From Candidatus Hadarchaeota archaeon (GTDB taxonomy: Archaea > CAYQAE01 > CAYVLA01): a stretch of DNA of 32,000 bases. This document shows, piece by piece, positions 15,653-24,022 of this stretch; within the stretch, counting starts at the first letter, position 1, and every line of letters starts with the position of its first letter. Under the pieces are notes generated by a model, which was not told where the DNA came from, did not search any database, and saw only the letters and a list, made by a program, of their open reading frames with translations. The position numbers and the translations under genes were made by a program. The stretch spans positions 19,234-51,233 of the forward strand of contig CAZUNO010000008.1 in NCBI GenBank assembly GCA_964621445.1, read 5' to 3'.

Positions 15653-16390
15653 TTGAAGGATGAGCTCGATAGATATGATCGACAGATTAGAATTATGGAC
15701 TGGGACCGAGAGGGACAGGAAAGGCTGAAAGGATCCTCCGTTCTGGTGGCCGGATTAGGGGGTTTAGGCTCGATCTCGTCCCAGCTGTTGGCCCGGGCGG
15801 GCGTTGGCCGACTGCGAGTTGTGGACCGGGATTTGGTACGGGAAACGGATCTAAACCGCCAGCTTCTGTATTCGGAGGGCGACCTGGGTAGGAGAAAGGC
15901 GGAAGTCGCTGGCGAGCGGTTGCGGGAATCCAATTCATCGATCGCTGTTGAGGGACTGGATGTGAAGATCAACCGGTCCACGGTGGATGATCTGGTAGAG
16001 GGAATCGACTGCGTGGTCGATGGCCTCGATAATTTCGAGACCAGGTTCTTGATAAACGAAATCACAAATCAGAAGGGCATTCCCTTCCTCCATGGCAGCG
16101 TTCTTTCCCTTGAAGGGAGATGTACGACCTTTATCCCGGGGGAGACCCCCTGTCTTTCATGTCTATATCCCTCCCCGCCCGAGGAGAGTTACCTTCCCGT
16201 TGCCGGCCCTCTACCCTCGTTAATAGCCTCCGTCCAGGCTTTGGAGGCGCTGAAGCTTATTCTAGGCCTGGGCGAGCTGTTGAGGGGGAGGCTGATGGTT
16301 TTCGATGGACTGGACACGACCACCTTGATGATCGGCATTGAAAGGAGGGCTAGCTGTCCTGTATGTGGGAGACGCCGGTCCACCTATTGA
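15653..16390 (+). CDS. ThiF/MoeB/UbaA-family E1-like adenylyltransferase
   Basis: RYDRQIRI, then VLVAGLGGLGSISSQLLARAGVGRLRVVDRDLV (nucleotide-binding fold), plus CLSC and CPVC zinc pairs. TTG is the only start between the in-frame stop at 15611-15613 and the conserved RYxRQ motif. Confidence 0.85.
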   Translation: MKDELDRYDRQIRIMDWDREGQERLKGSSVLVAGLGGLGSISSQLLARAGVGRLRVVDRDLVRETDLNRQLLYSEGDLGRRKAEVAGERLRESNSSIAVEGLDVKINRSTVDDLVEGIDCVVDGLDNFETRFLINEITNQKGIPFLHGSVLSLEGRCTTFIPGETPCLSCLYPSPPEESYLPVAGPLPSLIASVQALEALKLILGLGELLRGRLMVFDGLDTTTLMIGIERRASCPVCGRRRSTY

Positions 16391-16952
16391 AGAGATGGTG
16401 CTCGACCTGCAGCTGGTCCATGACCTTTCCCACCACGAAGGATACCATATCGGAAATGGATTCCGGTTGGTGGTAGAAGGCCGGCATGGCAGGCAGTATG
16501 ACGGCTCCGCTGAGCTTGAGAGTCTCCATGTTCCTTATGTGAACCAGGTTCAGGGGGGTCTCCCTGGGGACTAGGACGAGTTTTCTTCCCTCCTTGAGAG
16601 ATACCTCTGCGGTTCGTGAAATGAGGTTGTCGGAGTTGCCGCAAGCTATGGCAGAAAGGGTTTTCATGCTGCAGGGAACTATAGCCATGGACCCGAATCG
16701 ATGTGAGCCAGAGGAGAGGGGGGATGTCAACTCATCATTGGAGTAGAGCCGTTCAACGGATCTCTCCAGATCCTCCTCGGTCAGTTTGAGTTCCATGGAA
16801 ATGAGGCTCTTCCCGCTCCGTGACAGTATAAGGTGCACCTCCTTACCCGCTTCACTTAGAGCTTGGCACAATTTCACGCCATAGATAACCCCTGACGCTC
16901 CGGTTATGGCCACCACGATTCTATCTTTCCACTTTCCATCCATATGCCTCAC
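16350..16952 (-). CDS. ubiX: Flavin prenyltransferase UbiX (prenyl-FMN synthase)
   Basis: IVVAITGASGVIYGVKL, VPCSMKTLSAIACGNSDNLISRTAEVSLKEGRKLVLVPRETPL and PAFYHQPESISDMV are canonical UbiX/Pad1 motifs. Confidence 0.9.
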   Translation of the reverse strand: MRHMDGKWKDRIVVAITGASGVIYGVKLCQALSEAGKEVHLILSRSGKSLISMELKLTEEDLERSVERLYSNDELTSPLSSGSHRFGSMAIVPCSMKTLSAIACGNSDNLISRTAEVSLKEGRKLVLVPRETPLNLVHIRNMETLKLSGAVILPAMPAFYHQPESISDMVSFVVGKVMDQLQVEHHLFNRWTGVSHIQDS

Positions 16953-18105
16953 AAACCTTCCTTACCGATTCCAGTCTTTCCCTGGCACAATAGACTCCAA
17001 ATCTCCAGTAATTCCACTGGGCCTCCCTCAGCGTTCTTACCAGAGTTGATCTTTCCTCAAGGGCCTCTACCCCTGAATTGGACAACACCTTAATCTCCAT
17101 CTCCTCCATCCTTGGCCTTTCCTGGATATCGACGAGCACCTCGCCCGGCGGGAGACCGGCCTCTTCCTCTATCTCCATCTCCAGAGAGCGAATCTTCTCC
17201 CTATCCGTGGAGAGGGTTAGGAGGTCATCCAGGTCTTCGACCTCGGCGGGACCGAGATAGATCGCCCTCTTGAACAGGTCCCTCTCCAGTATCCTCCTGG
17301 TCATCTCGCCTGCAATTCCCTGCCGGCGTTTTAGAGTTGATAGCAGTGTTAGATCATCCATCTTCATGATTTCCTGAGGAGCGATTCCGTCCTCGACCAC
17401 ATCCTCCAGGGCCCTGAGTAGCATGGCATCGGCAATTCTGCTGACGTGGTGCAGATAGACCGAGGGATACATGAGGAAACGGGCAACTAGAAGGGATTCC
17501 GCCGCCTGCGTTCCCTTTTCACGAATCATTATCTCTCCCCCATTGTATACCAGAGTGCTCAGAATCCTTTCGTGATCTATTACCCCGTAGGCCACGCCAG
17601 TATAGTGAGCATCACGCATGAGGTAATCCATTCTATCCACGCCAATCTGGGAGTGAATGAGGTGTCCAAGTTCGGTATTTCGTCCCGATGAAACCTCTGC
17701 TATCTCGCAGGGGTCCATGCCCATTGAGGATAGAATTTCGGAGATCTGGCTCTGCATTATTCCCCTGTAGGTGAGTTGGGAGTGATCCATCTCCGAGACG
17801 TTTACCAAGAACTTCTCCGAACTGTGGGAAAGCGGGCCGTGACCGATATCGTGGAGCAGTGATGCCACCACCAGCTTTCGGCTATCGGATTCGTTGAAAC
17901 CCATCTTGGTACACAGTTCCTGGGCCATGTCCATGGTTCCTACTGAATGCTCAAACCGGGTGTGGTTGGCACCGGGATATACGAGGTTCCCGAGCCCGAT
18001 TTGTTTTACCCTCCGAAGCCTCTGAACCCGGGGCGAGTCCAGTAGCGGCAGATACCGGTCCTCGAACGAGATTTCGCCATGTATCGGATCCCTGATCATC
18101 TTCAT
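16921..18105 (-). CDS. HD-domain phosphohydrolase (COG1078, SAMHD1/dNTPase-like superfamily)
   Basis: IRDPIHGEISF, RLRRVKQIG, TRFEHSVG and LLHDIGHGPLSHSSE form the HD motif set. I place the start at ATG 18105 (MKMIRDPIHG), which has GGTGG about 8 nt upstream, rather than the track's 18132. Confidence 0.8.
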   Translation of the reverse strand: MKMIRDPIHGEISFEDRYLPLLDSPRVQRLRRVKQIGLGNLVYPGANHTRFEHSVGTMDMAQELCTKMGFNESDSRKLVVASLLHDIGHGPLSHSSEKFLVNVSEMDHSQLTYRGIMQSQISEILSSMGMDPCEIAEVSSGRNTELGHLIHSQIGVDRMDYLMRDAHYTGVAYGVIDHERILSTLVYNGGEIMIREKGTQAAESLLVARFLMYPSVYLHHVSRIADAMLLRALEDVVEDGIAPQEIMKMDDLTLLSTLKRRQGIAGEMTRRILERDLFKRAIYLGPAEVEDLDDLLTLSTDREKIRSLEMEIEEEAGLPPGEVLVDIQERPRMEEMEIKVLSNSGVEALEERSTLVRTLREAQWNYWRFGVYCARERLESVRKVCEAYGWKVER

Positions 18106-18118
18106 GAATGAACCACCA

Positions 18119-19303
18119 TTAGGCACCCCCAATTAGAGCCCTGGTTATCTTCGCCGATCGTTTAAGGCCGAGGTCCCACACCACCATGGGCAGGTAGCTG
18201 AGCATGATGTTCGCCACTGAGGAGTGCCTGTCAAAGTCGGAACTTGATAGCATTTCGCTCATCCGTCCGGATACTGCCGAGAAGAGGTCGTCGAGCTCCC
18301 TGTCCGAAAGTCTCTCGTAGATCTTCCTGGCCTTTAAACCGAATTGGATTTCCTTCTGAAGCACCTGTCTCCATTCTCGATCGTAGGAGGATAGCTCCAA
18401 GCCGTGATCAAGGTACCTGGAGATTGAGCGGTGGGCTATCTCTGAACAGATTAAGGAATAGCTTATTCCACCTCCCGTGGCCGGCTTGGTCTGTAGGGCC
18501 TCATCTCCGACCAGAAGGACGTTGTTCTTCACGGTTCTCTCCCGGATTCCGAAAACCACCGCACCAGTGTTATACTCGATTACCGTTCCCTGACCTATAT
18601 CCCTGGCCAGGGGACCGCCGAGAAACCGTTCCAGCCGTTCCTTTGCCCGGGTTCTGGAGCAGAGTCCTATTCTTGCAGATCCGGAGTCCAGGGGAATTAC
18701 CCAGGCGAAAAGTCCATCGGATATATCGTGGCCGAAGTATATCATCACCTTCCCGGGGTCGAGGTTGAATCCGGTGGCCTCGACCTGTATGCCGGGCACC
18801 ACATTTCCCTCGGTCATACCAAGACAGGAAGCCAGGGTGCCTCGCGCGCCAGTCGCCCCCACGAACACCCTGGATGCGAAGTCCTGGCCACCACCGTCGG
18901 CCTTAACCCTCAGGCCTTCCCTCCCGAGACCAAGAACGGAATGTCTCAGACGCAGGTCGGCGCCCCGATCGGTTGCCAGCTGGGCCAACCCTCGGTCAAA
19001 GACCTTCCTGTCCAATACCAAAGCAGACCCGGTGTCCCCCTCCACCATGAATCGGCTTCCCTCCGGCGAGATGAACTCCGCACCCCTGACCTTGTTGACG
19101 GTGGCCTCCCGAACCAGTGATCCCAAGAGGGACGACTGGGCTAACTCGGGGCCAACCAGCCCGGCACAGTGTGAAGGGGCCCCTATAGTTGCATGTTCCT
19201 CAAAAAGCAGAACATTGTATCCGTCCATGGACAGCCTGAGGGCCAGGCTGGTGCCAGCCGGTCCTGCACCGGCGATTGCGGCGTCACATGGAGGGCTATC
19301 CAT
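18119..19303 (-). CDS. FAD-dependent geranylgeranyl reductase family (digeranylgeranylglycerophospholipid reductase-like)
   Basis: DAAIAGAGPAGTSLALRLSMDGYNVLLFEEH is the GxGxxG FAD fold. LLVGDEALQTKPATGGGI is the second FAD motif. About 394 aa. Confidence 0.8.
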   Translation of the reverse strand: MDSPPCDAAIAGAGPAGTSLALRLSMDGYNVLLFEEHATIGAPSHCAGLVGPELAQSSLLGSLVREATVNKVRGAEFISPEGSRFMVEGDTGSALVLDRKVFDRGLAQLATDRGADLRLRHSVLGLGREGLRVKADGGGQDFASRVFVGATGARGTLASCLGMTEGNVVPGIQVEATGFNLDPGKVMIYFGHDISDGLFAWVIPLDSGSARIGLCSRTRAKERLERFLGGPLARDIGQGTVIEYNTGAVVFGIRERTVKNNVLLVGDEALQTKPATGGGISYSLICSEIAHRSISRYLDHGLELSSYDREWRQVLQKEIQFGLKARKIYERLSDRELDDLFSAVSGRMSEMLSSSDFDRHSSVANIMLSYLPMVVWDLGLKRSAKITRALIGGA

Positions 19304-19320
19304 GTTTAGGCATCGAAACT

Positions 19321-19330
19321 CTTATATAAG
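19321..19330. promoter_or_regulatory. Perfectly palindromic TATA element CTTATATAAG shared by divergent genes (GGR and DUF1616-like)
   Basis: A 10-bp self-complementary sequence centred about 22 nt from the GGR ATG (19303) and about 20-28 nt from GTG 19345/19354. This spacing implies leaderless or near-leaderless mRNAs. Confidence 0.5.
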
Positions 19331-19344
19331 TATGTGAGCGACTG

Positions 19345-19710
19345 GTGTGTCCAGTGGTTACAAAGAATCCTTTAAGCGAAGGGAGGACGGGGCTGACCCT
19401 GCTCCTCTTTCTACCCCTGTTGGTAGTCATATCCTTTCTTATCGTTCCGGATGCGGCCAGGATGGTTCTAGGGCTTGTCCTAGTGTTGTTTATACCTGGT
19501 TTCGCCATGGTTTATGCCCTCTTTCAGGATGATGAAATCGACGATATAGAGAGGATAGCCCTGAGTTTTGGGTTGAGCATATGCATCGTTGTTTTCGATG
19601 GGCTGGCCCTAAACTACATCTGGAACCTAACCCTCCTACCAATCGTCCTCTCCCTCTCCCTGATCAGCGGCGTTTTCACGCTGATAGGTTACCTTAGAAG
19701 AAGGACCTAG
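19345..19710 (+). CDS. Small 3-TM membrane protein resembling the N-terminal part of DUF1616 proteins
   Basis: ARMVLGLVLVLFIPGFAMVYALFQDDEIDDIERIALSFGLSI matches the remembered DUF1616 N-terminal pattern (R.vlGl..vLF.PGYal..alFp....iER.aLS.GLS). The start is ambiguous: GTG 19345 or GTG 19354. Confidence 0.5.
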   Translation: MCPVVTKNPLSEGRTGLTLLLFLPLLVVISFLIVPDAARMVLGLVLVLFIPGFAMVYALFQDDEIDDIERIALSFGLSICIVVFDGLALNYIWNLTLLPIVLSLSLISGVFTLIGYLRRRT

Positions 19711-19740
19711 GGACCAGTTTTAGCTTCGGGAAGTGTATAT

Positions 19741-20097
19741 GTGGAATATAAGCAAGTGATAGTGCTAAGAGCAGACCTGGATATGTCCCGAGGCAAGTTA
19801 GCGGCACAGGCCTGTCACGCTTGCCTTGGCGTTTCGGAGAGGGCAAGAAAACGGGACCCCGAGAAATGGGAGGAGTGGCTGGAGGAGGGGGGTCGTAAGA
19901 TCGTTTTAAAGGTTAGTTCAGAACGGGAGCTATTTGAGATTAAGGAGGATGGCAAGGCACTGGGCATTGATACCTACCTGGTGAAGGATCGCGGGCTGAC
20001 TGAGATACCGTCGGGAACGGTAACCGCTCTGGGACTAGGTCCGGGAGAGGAGAGCAGGATGGATCGAGTTACCGGCGATTTGTCCCTCCTGAAGTGA
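19741..20097 (+). CDS. pth2: Peptidyl-tRNA hydrolase, archaeal Pth2 type
   Basis: KQVIVLRADLDMSRGKLAAQACHA and GLTEIPSGTVTALGLGP. 118 aa. GTG start. Confidence 0.9.
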   Translation: MEYKQVIVLRADLDMSRGKLAAQACHACLGVSERARKRDPEKWEEWLEEGGRKIVLKVSSERELFEIKEDGKALGIDTYLVKDRGLTEIPSGTVTALGLGPGEESRMDRVTGDLSLLK

Positions 20098-20103
20098 TAT
20101 TCC

Positions 20104-21417
20104 ATGGAGATTCAGATCGCCAGCGAGGAGGCCATTGGACTTCTTTGCTATTCAACCACCCCCCCCGGCATCGGAGGGCGAATAAAGGATACCATCGAGG
20201 ACTTCGTGGTGGAAGAGATTCTGGAAGGATGTCAAACCGTGCAGGTGGGCAGGGGTTTGGTGCCCACACCGCAAAGCGAGGGGGGCAAATACTGTCATTT
20301 CTGTCTGGAGAAGAGGGGAATCGATCTCTTTCAGGCAATTGAGCGAGTTTCAAAAGCCATTGGTGTCCATGGGAGGGATTTTTCATACCAGGGAACGAAG
20401 GATGCCAGGGCTATAACCTGCCAGCTGGTTTCCGTGAAGGGAGTCGATCCGGATCGGATGCCCGATTGGGGTCAGGGAAGGGTTAGGATCCATACCCCCT
20501 ATTCGGCAACAGAGGAGCTGAGAAGAGGGGGGCACTGGGGAAATTCGTTTCTGGTGAAGATCAGGGGAGCGGATTGCAGCGGCCACCAGGCTGAGGACAG
20601 GGTAAGGGAGGTTGGATCCCAGATAGTTGAGAACGGGGGCGTCCCCAACTTCTTTGGACACCAAAGATTCGGAACCACCAGATCAAACACCCATATAGTT
20701 GGATGCCACATGCTGGCAGGAGATTTTGAATCCGCGGTTCGAGAGTACCTTTGCGTACCCTACGAGGGGGAGAGGAAGGACGCGCTTGGGGCCAGGATGA
20801 GATTGATGGAGAACTGGGATCCCGAATCCGCATTGAACTACTTTCCCCAAAGGCTGAACTACGAGAGAATGATGTTGAAGCACCTATCTCTTCATAAAAA
20901 TGACTATCTGGGGGCCCTGAGGCGTTTGCCCAATAACCTCCTCAGTCTTTTCCCCCGGGCATATCAATCATATCTCTTCAACCTCACCCTGTCCAGGAGA
21001 TTAGGGGAGGAGGAATCTTTCTTACCCAGAGACGGCGATGTTATCGAGAAGGGTGACCTTTACCTTGCGGTTGGTGAGGATATCAGTCCCCATAAGGCAA
21101 CCAAGGAGATGGAAAGGGGAGTAGCCCGGCTGGTCTATTCTGTGGTCGGATACGCCTCGGCGGCACGGGGACCGCTTTCCTCGGATGTGGAGGAGACGAT
21201 GGTTCGGGAGGGAGTTACTCCTGCCTTTTTCTATTCGAGGCAGCTTCCGGATCTAAACCCAGGTGGCTCCTATCGCCCTCTGCTTTCCCCGGTCATGGGC
21301 CTGAAGGTGGAGACCGCGGATAATGATCGTGTTGACCTCTCCTTCAAACTCAGGAAGGGCTGCTATGCCACGGTGGTGCTCAGGGAGTTCATGAAGGCCG
21401 GTATCACGGCCTACTAG
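20104..21417 (+). CDS. truD: tRNA pseudouridine synthase TruD/Pus7 family
   Basis: GGRIKDTIEDFVVEEI, FSYQGTKDARAITCQ (catalytic Asp motif GTKD) and NFFGHQRFG. Confidence 0.85.
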   Translation: MEIQIASEEAIGLLCYSTTPPGIGGRIKDTIEDFVVEEILEGCQTVQVGRGLVPTPQSEGGKYCHFCLEKRGIDLFQAIERVSKAIGVHGRDFSYQGTKDARAITCQLVSVKGVDPDRMPDWGQGRVRIHTPYSATEELRRGGHWGNSFLVKIRGADCSGHQAEDRVREVGSQIVENGGVPNFFGHQRFGTTRSNTHIVGCHMLAGDFESAVREYLCVPYEGERKDALGARMRLMENWDPESALNYFPQRLNYERMMLKHLSLHKNDYLGALRRLPNNLLSLFPRAYQSYLFNLTLSRRLGEEESFLPRDGDVIEKGDLYLAVGEDISPHKATKEMERGVARLVYSVVGYASAARGPLSSDVEETMVREGVTPAFFYSRQLPDLNPGGSYRPLLSPVMGLKVETADNDRVDLSFKLRKGCYATVVLREFMKAGITAY

Positions 21418-21438
21418 AGCCCTGGAGGTTACCGTCAC

Positions 21439-21446
21439 ATATTTAA
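21439..21446 (+). promoter_or_regulatory. TATA-like box ATATTTAA upstream of sepF
   Basis: The only A/T octamer in the 109-bp truD-sepF spacer. It lies about 80 nt before ATG 21527. Confidence 0.3.
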
Positions 21447-21526
21447 GCTAATTCCAAGTCCTGAAAAGGTTGCCGGACCGCTTCGAGTTGTCAAGATCGA
21501 TGCCAATCAGGTAGAGAGGTATAGGA

Positions 21527-21877
21527 ATGAGTGAAGACGTTGAGATGATGGAATTCAACGAGGACCTGATGACCGAGGAATCGTTCACCCGTTATCAGGA
21601 AATTCTCGTAAAGCCTGTCAAACTTTCCTCAGGGGACGACCTGGACGTCGTCTCAAGGGAGCTAAAGGAAGGTAATATCCTTCTCGTGAATCTATCTCCC
21701 CTGCAGTCTGAGGATCCCGAGATAGCTAGGGGGATAATAGATCAATTAAAGGGAGTTTGTACCGGCCTAGAGGGAGATATGGCCGCGGTTTCCGAGGACA
21801 TAGTGCTTGTGGTGCCCTCCTTCGTCAGGATAGAAAAGGCCACGCCGGCAGAGGCTCAGGAAGAAGAATTTACCTGA
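21527..21877 (+). CDS. sepF: SepF-like cell-division protein (DUF552)
   Basis: 116 aa. ILVKPVKLSSGDDLDVVSRELKEGNILLVNLSPL...ARGIIDQLKGVCTGLEGDMAAVSEDIVLVVPSFVRI follows the SepF core pattern. Confidence 0.7.
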   Translation: MSEDVEMMEFNEDLMTEESFTRYQEILVKPVKLSSGDDLDVVSRELKEGNILLVNLSPLQSEDPEIARGIIDQLKGVCTGLEGDMAAVSEDIVLVVPSFVRIEKATPAEAQEEEFT

Positions 21878-23777
21878 AGCGAACCGTCTCTAGATTTTTT
21901 GGCGAAAATGCGCTTATTCTGAGCATACGTCCGATGGATCGGGATAGCTTTTCACCCTTATCGTAGTCCCCGTGCTGTACGAGAATCCTATTTGGCCGGG
22001 GTGATGCCTTCTTGATGTACCTGAGAAGCTGTCCCCTGTCTGAGTGACCGCTGAAGCCGCCTATGGTCTCTGACTTCATCTTCATCTTGATAACATTGAG
22101 CTTTCCCCCGTCATCGGTGGCGGCAACTTCCTTTAGACCTTCCTGGATCCTTCTTCCTAGAGAACCCTCCGCCTGGTAGCAGACGAATACCAGGGTGTTC
22201 TTGGGATCCGGTGCCAGGCGCTTGAAATACTCTATTACCGGGCCGCCGACCATCATACCAGATGTTGCCAGGATAACACAGGGCTCGCCCTCGACCACGT
22301 CACCGAGTTCCCCCGGCTGGACGTTGTTAAATATGTCCGATAGGAAGGGGTTGTCCTCGTTATGGAGTATCCTGTTCTTGAGTTCGGAGGAGAGGTATTC
22401 CGGGTATGCGGTGTGAATGGCCGTTGCCGCCCGAATCATACCATGGAGATAAACGGGCACCTGGTCCATTATCTTCTGGCGCATCTTCTCCTCGATGAGG
22501 ATCATGAGTTCCTGGGCCCTGCCAACGCTGAGAACCGGTATTAGAACCTTTCCACCGCGCCTGGTGGTCTCGTTGATTATGCTGATCATCTTGCGTTCCG
22601 AGTCCTTCCGGGACTGCTGCATGTCCCTCGAGCCACCGTAGGTCGATTCCATGATCAGGCCTTCGAGACGCGGGAATTTTGACCTGGCCGGGGGCAATAG
22701 CCTGGTCTGGGCGAACTTGAAGTCGCTGGTGTATACGATATTGTACAGTCCCTCTCCTACGTGTAGGTGGGTGATGGCTGAGCCAAGTATGTGGCCCGCA
22801 TTGTGAAAGGTAAGCCGGATGTCCGGCGAAATATCCCTCACATCACCGTACCCCAAGGCGATGCTGTGTTTGATCATTTCCTTGATATCCTTCTTGGAGT
22901 ATGGGGGGTCCTTGTCCTCCCTCATGGCGATGTCAAGGTAGTCGAGCTGGAGGAGGGTCATCAGGTCCCGGGTGGGTGGGGTGCAGTATGTGGGCCCCTC
23001 GTATCCGTACTTATATAGATAGGGAACGAAGCCACAGTGATCGAGATGAGCGTGGGAGAGGACCACCGCGTCAAGCTGGTCTATCTGGAACTCTGGCATG
23101 TTGAGATAGGGGAAGGCGCGGTCGGTATCCTGGCAGGCGATGTTAACCCCGCAATCAAGCATCACGCTGCTCTCGGCGGTCCTGATCAATTCACATGACC
23201 TTCCCACCTCGCGTGCGCCGCCTAGGAACGAAACTCTGATCCAGTCGGGCTCGCTCTCCGTCGTCCTGTAGATCCTTCTGCCAATCTTGCGGAGTATTCG
23301 CTTTCTTTCCTTGCTTTCGCTCTGGAGAGTGTTCTTTATGTCCTCCACTATTTCGCTGGGGAGGGGCGGGGTCCTGTTCACGTTCGGTGTCCATCTGGTC
23401 TTTGCCGTGATCTCCCTTAGGGTGGAGCCGGATTTGCCAACCACCAGTCCCAGTTTCTTGGCGTCTATGATCACCTCTCCCGCTTCGCTATCGAAATCGA
23501 TCTTGGTGATCCCGGCTTCATCAGGGACAATCTCCCTTATCTTCTGTTCCGCCTCCCTGGGGTCGGTCAAAACCGATTGATCGGCCCTGACGATAATCCT
23601 CTTCCTGACCTTCTTGGCCAGGCGACGGACTAGATTTCCGTTGTTTACCAGCAACTCCGGAGTGGTGGAGTATAGAACCAGGACGGGTCCCTCAAATTCC
23701 ACGCTCGAAACCCAGGAGCTATCCGGTAGGAATTCTGCTACTTGTTTTCTTACTTCCTTGAGTTCATTGTTAGACAC
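21870..23777 (-). CDS. fttA: aCPSF1/FttA: KH-KH plus metallo-beta-lactamase plus beta-CASP ribonuclease (archaeal transcription termination factor)
   Basis: N-terminal KH domains (VEFEGPVLVLYS, GLVVGKSGSTLREI), then the VVLSHAHLDHCG (HxHxDH) motif and beta-CASP/C-terminal motifs (GFSGHSD, VQHGD). 635 aa. GTG is the first start after the in-frame stop at 23832-23834. Confidence 0.92.
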   Translation of the reverse strand: MSNNELKEVRKQVAEFLPDSSWVSSVEFEGPVLVLYSTTPELLVNNGNLVRRLAKKVRKRIIVRADQSVLTDPREAEQKIREIVPDEAGITKIDFDSEAGEVIIDAKKLGLVVGKSGSTLREITAKTRWTPNVNRTPPLPSEIVEDIKNTLQSESKERKRILRKIGRRIYRTTESEPDWIRVSFLGGAREVGRSCELIRTAESSVMLDCGVNIACQDTDRAFPYLNMPEFQIDQLDAVVLSHAHLDHCGFVPYLYKYGYEGPTYCTPPTRDLMTLLQLDYLDIAMREDKDPPYSKKDIKEMIKHSIALGYGDVRDISPDIRLTFHNAGHILGSAITHLHVGEGLYNIVYTSDFKFAQTRLLPPARSKFPRLEGLIMESTYGGSRDMQQSRKDSERKMISIINETTRRGGKVLIPVLSVGRAQELMILIEEKMRQKIMDQVPVYLHGMIRAATAIHTAYPEYLSSELKNRILHNEDNPFLSDIFNNVQPGELGDVVEGEPCVILATSGMMVGGPVIEYFKRLAPDPKNTLVFVCYQAEGSLGRRIQEGLKEVAATDDGGKLNVIKMKMKSETIGGFSGHSDRGQLLRYIKKASPRPNRILVQHGDYDKGEKLSRSIGRMLRISAFSPKNLETVRFR

Positions 23778-23804
23778 TGGTACACCCCTAGAAGGTGTGG
23801 AATC

Positions 23805-23812
23805 TAATATAT
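23805..23812 (-). promoter_or_regulatory. TATA-like box (ATATATTA on the minus strand) proximal to the aCPSF1 start
   Basis: 27 nt separate the box from GTG 23777. AGGGGTG lies 6 nt upstream of the GTG. Confidence 0.35.
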
Positions 23813-24014
23813 GTCCAATTACAAGATCTATTCATATCAATTCAGCAGTAATTGTGACTGTAGTCACCATGAATCAATAGAAAATACCCTCACATACCAC
23901 GTATGGCCTGTTTATAACCTTGGACAAAAAACCATGTCTGCCGAGTCGGTGAAAATATTTCACACATCCCAGGAGACAAAAACCGTAAAAGGTGGACGTT
24001 GATCTCCAACGCGC

Positions 24015-24022
24015 TATATAAA
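24015..24022 (-). promoter_or_regulatory. Strong consensus BRE/TATA (AGAAAACC-TTTATATA on the minus strand) with no obvious downstream gene
   Basis: The minus strand reads GTTAAGAAAACCTTTATATAGCGCG immediately after the DUF63 stop. The next annotated start (aCPSF1) is about 240 nt downstream and has its own proximal TATA. Confidence 0.4.

Noticed and set aside
15544-16065. 173-aa minus-strand ORF antisense to the E1-like gene.
   Set aside because: It is extremely Ser/Arg/Pro/Thr-rich and low-complexity, and it overlaps the nucleotide-binding fold of a clearly conserved ThiF/MoeB gene.
12600-18132. A possible defence island, because a PIN-like RNase (Mut7-C), an HD/SAMHD1-like phosphohydrolase, an E1-like enzyme and a nuclease lie within a few kb.
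   Set aside because: Each belongs to families that are near-universal single-copy housekeeping genes in archaea. They are embedded in operons with aspS, flpA and ubiX, and no defence hallmarks are present (no Cas, Argonaute, restriction-modification, toxin-antitoxin pairing, mobile-element flanks or visible compositional shift).
18244-19337. Two long + strand ORFs (174 aa and 190 aa) running antisense through the geranylgeranyl-reductase gene.
   Set aside because: They are Arg/Pro/Ser-rich and low-complexity, with no recognisable motifs. They fully overlap a gene with clear FAD-binding signatures. These are typical shadow ORFs of a GC-rich third-position coding strand.
23811-24002. 63-aa + strand ORF (MSNYKIYSYQFSSNCDCSHH...) inside the 284-bp spacer.
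   Set aside because: Its ATG is embedded in the TATA-like AATATATG sequence, with no SD. It has odd Tyr/Ser/Asn/His composition. It is more likely non-coding promoter or leader DNA, though it cannot be excluded without conservation data.
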